Below, one piece after another: positions 62,974 through 64,000 of a DNA stretch of 64,000 nt. A model generated the notes under the pieces. The model did no database searches and was not told the DNA's origin. It worked only from the letters and a program-made list of their open reading frames with translations. A program made the translations under genes and the position numbers. Source of the stretch: Chiloscyllium plagiosum (Eukaryota); the NCBI RefSeq assembly GCF_004010195.1, contig NC_057759.1:6165477-6229476 (forward strand), in the 5' to 3' direction. The stretch's first letter is position 1, and each line of letters opens with the position of its first letter.

Positions 62974-63280
62974 CCCGAATCAATCCCGGTCTCGGAGCCT
63001 CCTCTGTGTCCCAGGCTCCCATCCCGATGTGCTGCTGGAAGGAGCCTGCTGTTCCCTCACTTCCCTGGGCGCTGATCTCTCCATTGCGGTCTGTTTCAAA
63101 CAAACCTCTTGCACTCACTGAGTAAATGCTCCTCAATGGCAGCGCTGGGGGAGGGCCTCACGAATGCGCTCCTCTGGTCAGGAACAGTCAGAGTTGGGGG
63201 AGGGGCAGCATTGCGCATGCCACGCTTGTCCCAATGATTCCCAGAAATAAACATCAATTGGCCATTTCACCAATTCCCTT
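62974..63280 (-). promoter_or_regulatory. GC-rich promoter and first-exon-like segment on the minus strand
   Basis: TGCGCATGC 63212, GC box 63197, CCAAT 63232; minus-strand donor GGG|GTGAGT at 62973; paralog at 52440-52650. Confidence 0.45.
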
Positions 63281-64000
63281 TTCTCCCAGTTTGACCAAAG
63301 GAACTGGGGCTGTGGGGGAAAGGGCAGAGAAGGTTTCAAGCTGGGACATTGTCCCTTTATGAAACTCCAATGGTGCTCATTCCCGGGTCATGTTAATAAC
63401 TCCTCCCTCCGGCTCTCTCACAATCTGATCAGGGAGCGGGGAAGCTGGCGGCCATACGGCCCATCCCCTGTGCTCCCCTATTCGATAACATCACGTCTGA
63501 TCGAATGTTAACGGTGGTATTTAATCCTGCTGACCCCTCATCCACTAATCTTAACTCCTTGCCCAAAGTATCATATAAAGAGATGGATTAAGTGGACCAT
63601 TCTTACGAAGGCAGAAAATTACTGATGGAGAGAGTCTTGAATCACAGTGTCAGTGCTTATTTCTGGGTCTGGAGGCATGTGCAATAGTCATACCAGGTGT
63701 GCAATAACATCTCTGCGACTCGATTTAGTTTGTAGTGGATGACAGATTTTAGTATTAGGTATGCCGCAGACAGAAAATTGTGATGTATTGTATGCCACAA
63801 CGAGAGACCCCAGCTGTTTTTGTTTATTCACTCCTCGAACGTGGATGTCGCTGGCTGAGCCTCGCATTTATTCTCCATCCCTTTGAGAAGGCGGTGGTGA
63901 GCCACCTTCTGGAACCGCTGTTGTCCATGTGCTGCCTACAATGCCATGAACAAGGAGTTCCAGGGTCTTGATCCAGTGACAGTGAAAGAAAATGGTCTTA

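Overview
Eukaryotic, repeat-dominated genomic DNA from a cartilaginous fish. The evidence is HE1-type tRNA-derived SINEs, abundant CR1 LINE fragments and shark-type Penelope elements. There is one assembly gap (1954-2621) and no intact protein-coding gene. (1) A defective, internally deleted gamma/epsilon-class endogenous retrovirus (15230-23186) has two LTRs, a TAAC target-site duplication (TSD) and a tRNA-Ser primer-binding site (PBS). Its env N-terminus carries a signal peptide followed by an EGF-like module with a perfect Asx-hydroxylation motif; a related solo LTR lies at 49892-51396. (2) A decayed multi-exon Ig-superfamily (FCRL/PECAM-like) receptor gene (~26250-38122) has Ig, TM and tyrosine-motif exons. 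(3) Many Penelope pseudo-LTRs carry minimal hammerhead-ribozyme cores, one in a perfect 103-bp inverted repeat. (4) A truncated Gmr1-type gypsy element lies at 47107-49612. (5) Old segmental duplications contain promoter-like sites, apparently non-coding spliced exons and a ~48-bp degenerate minisatellite. All calls come from manual reading; no database search was run.
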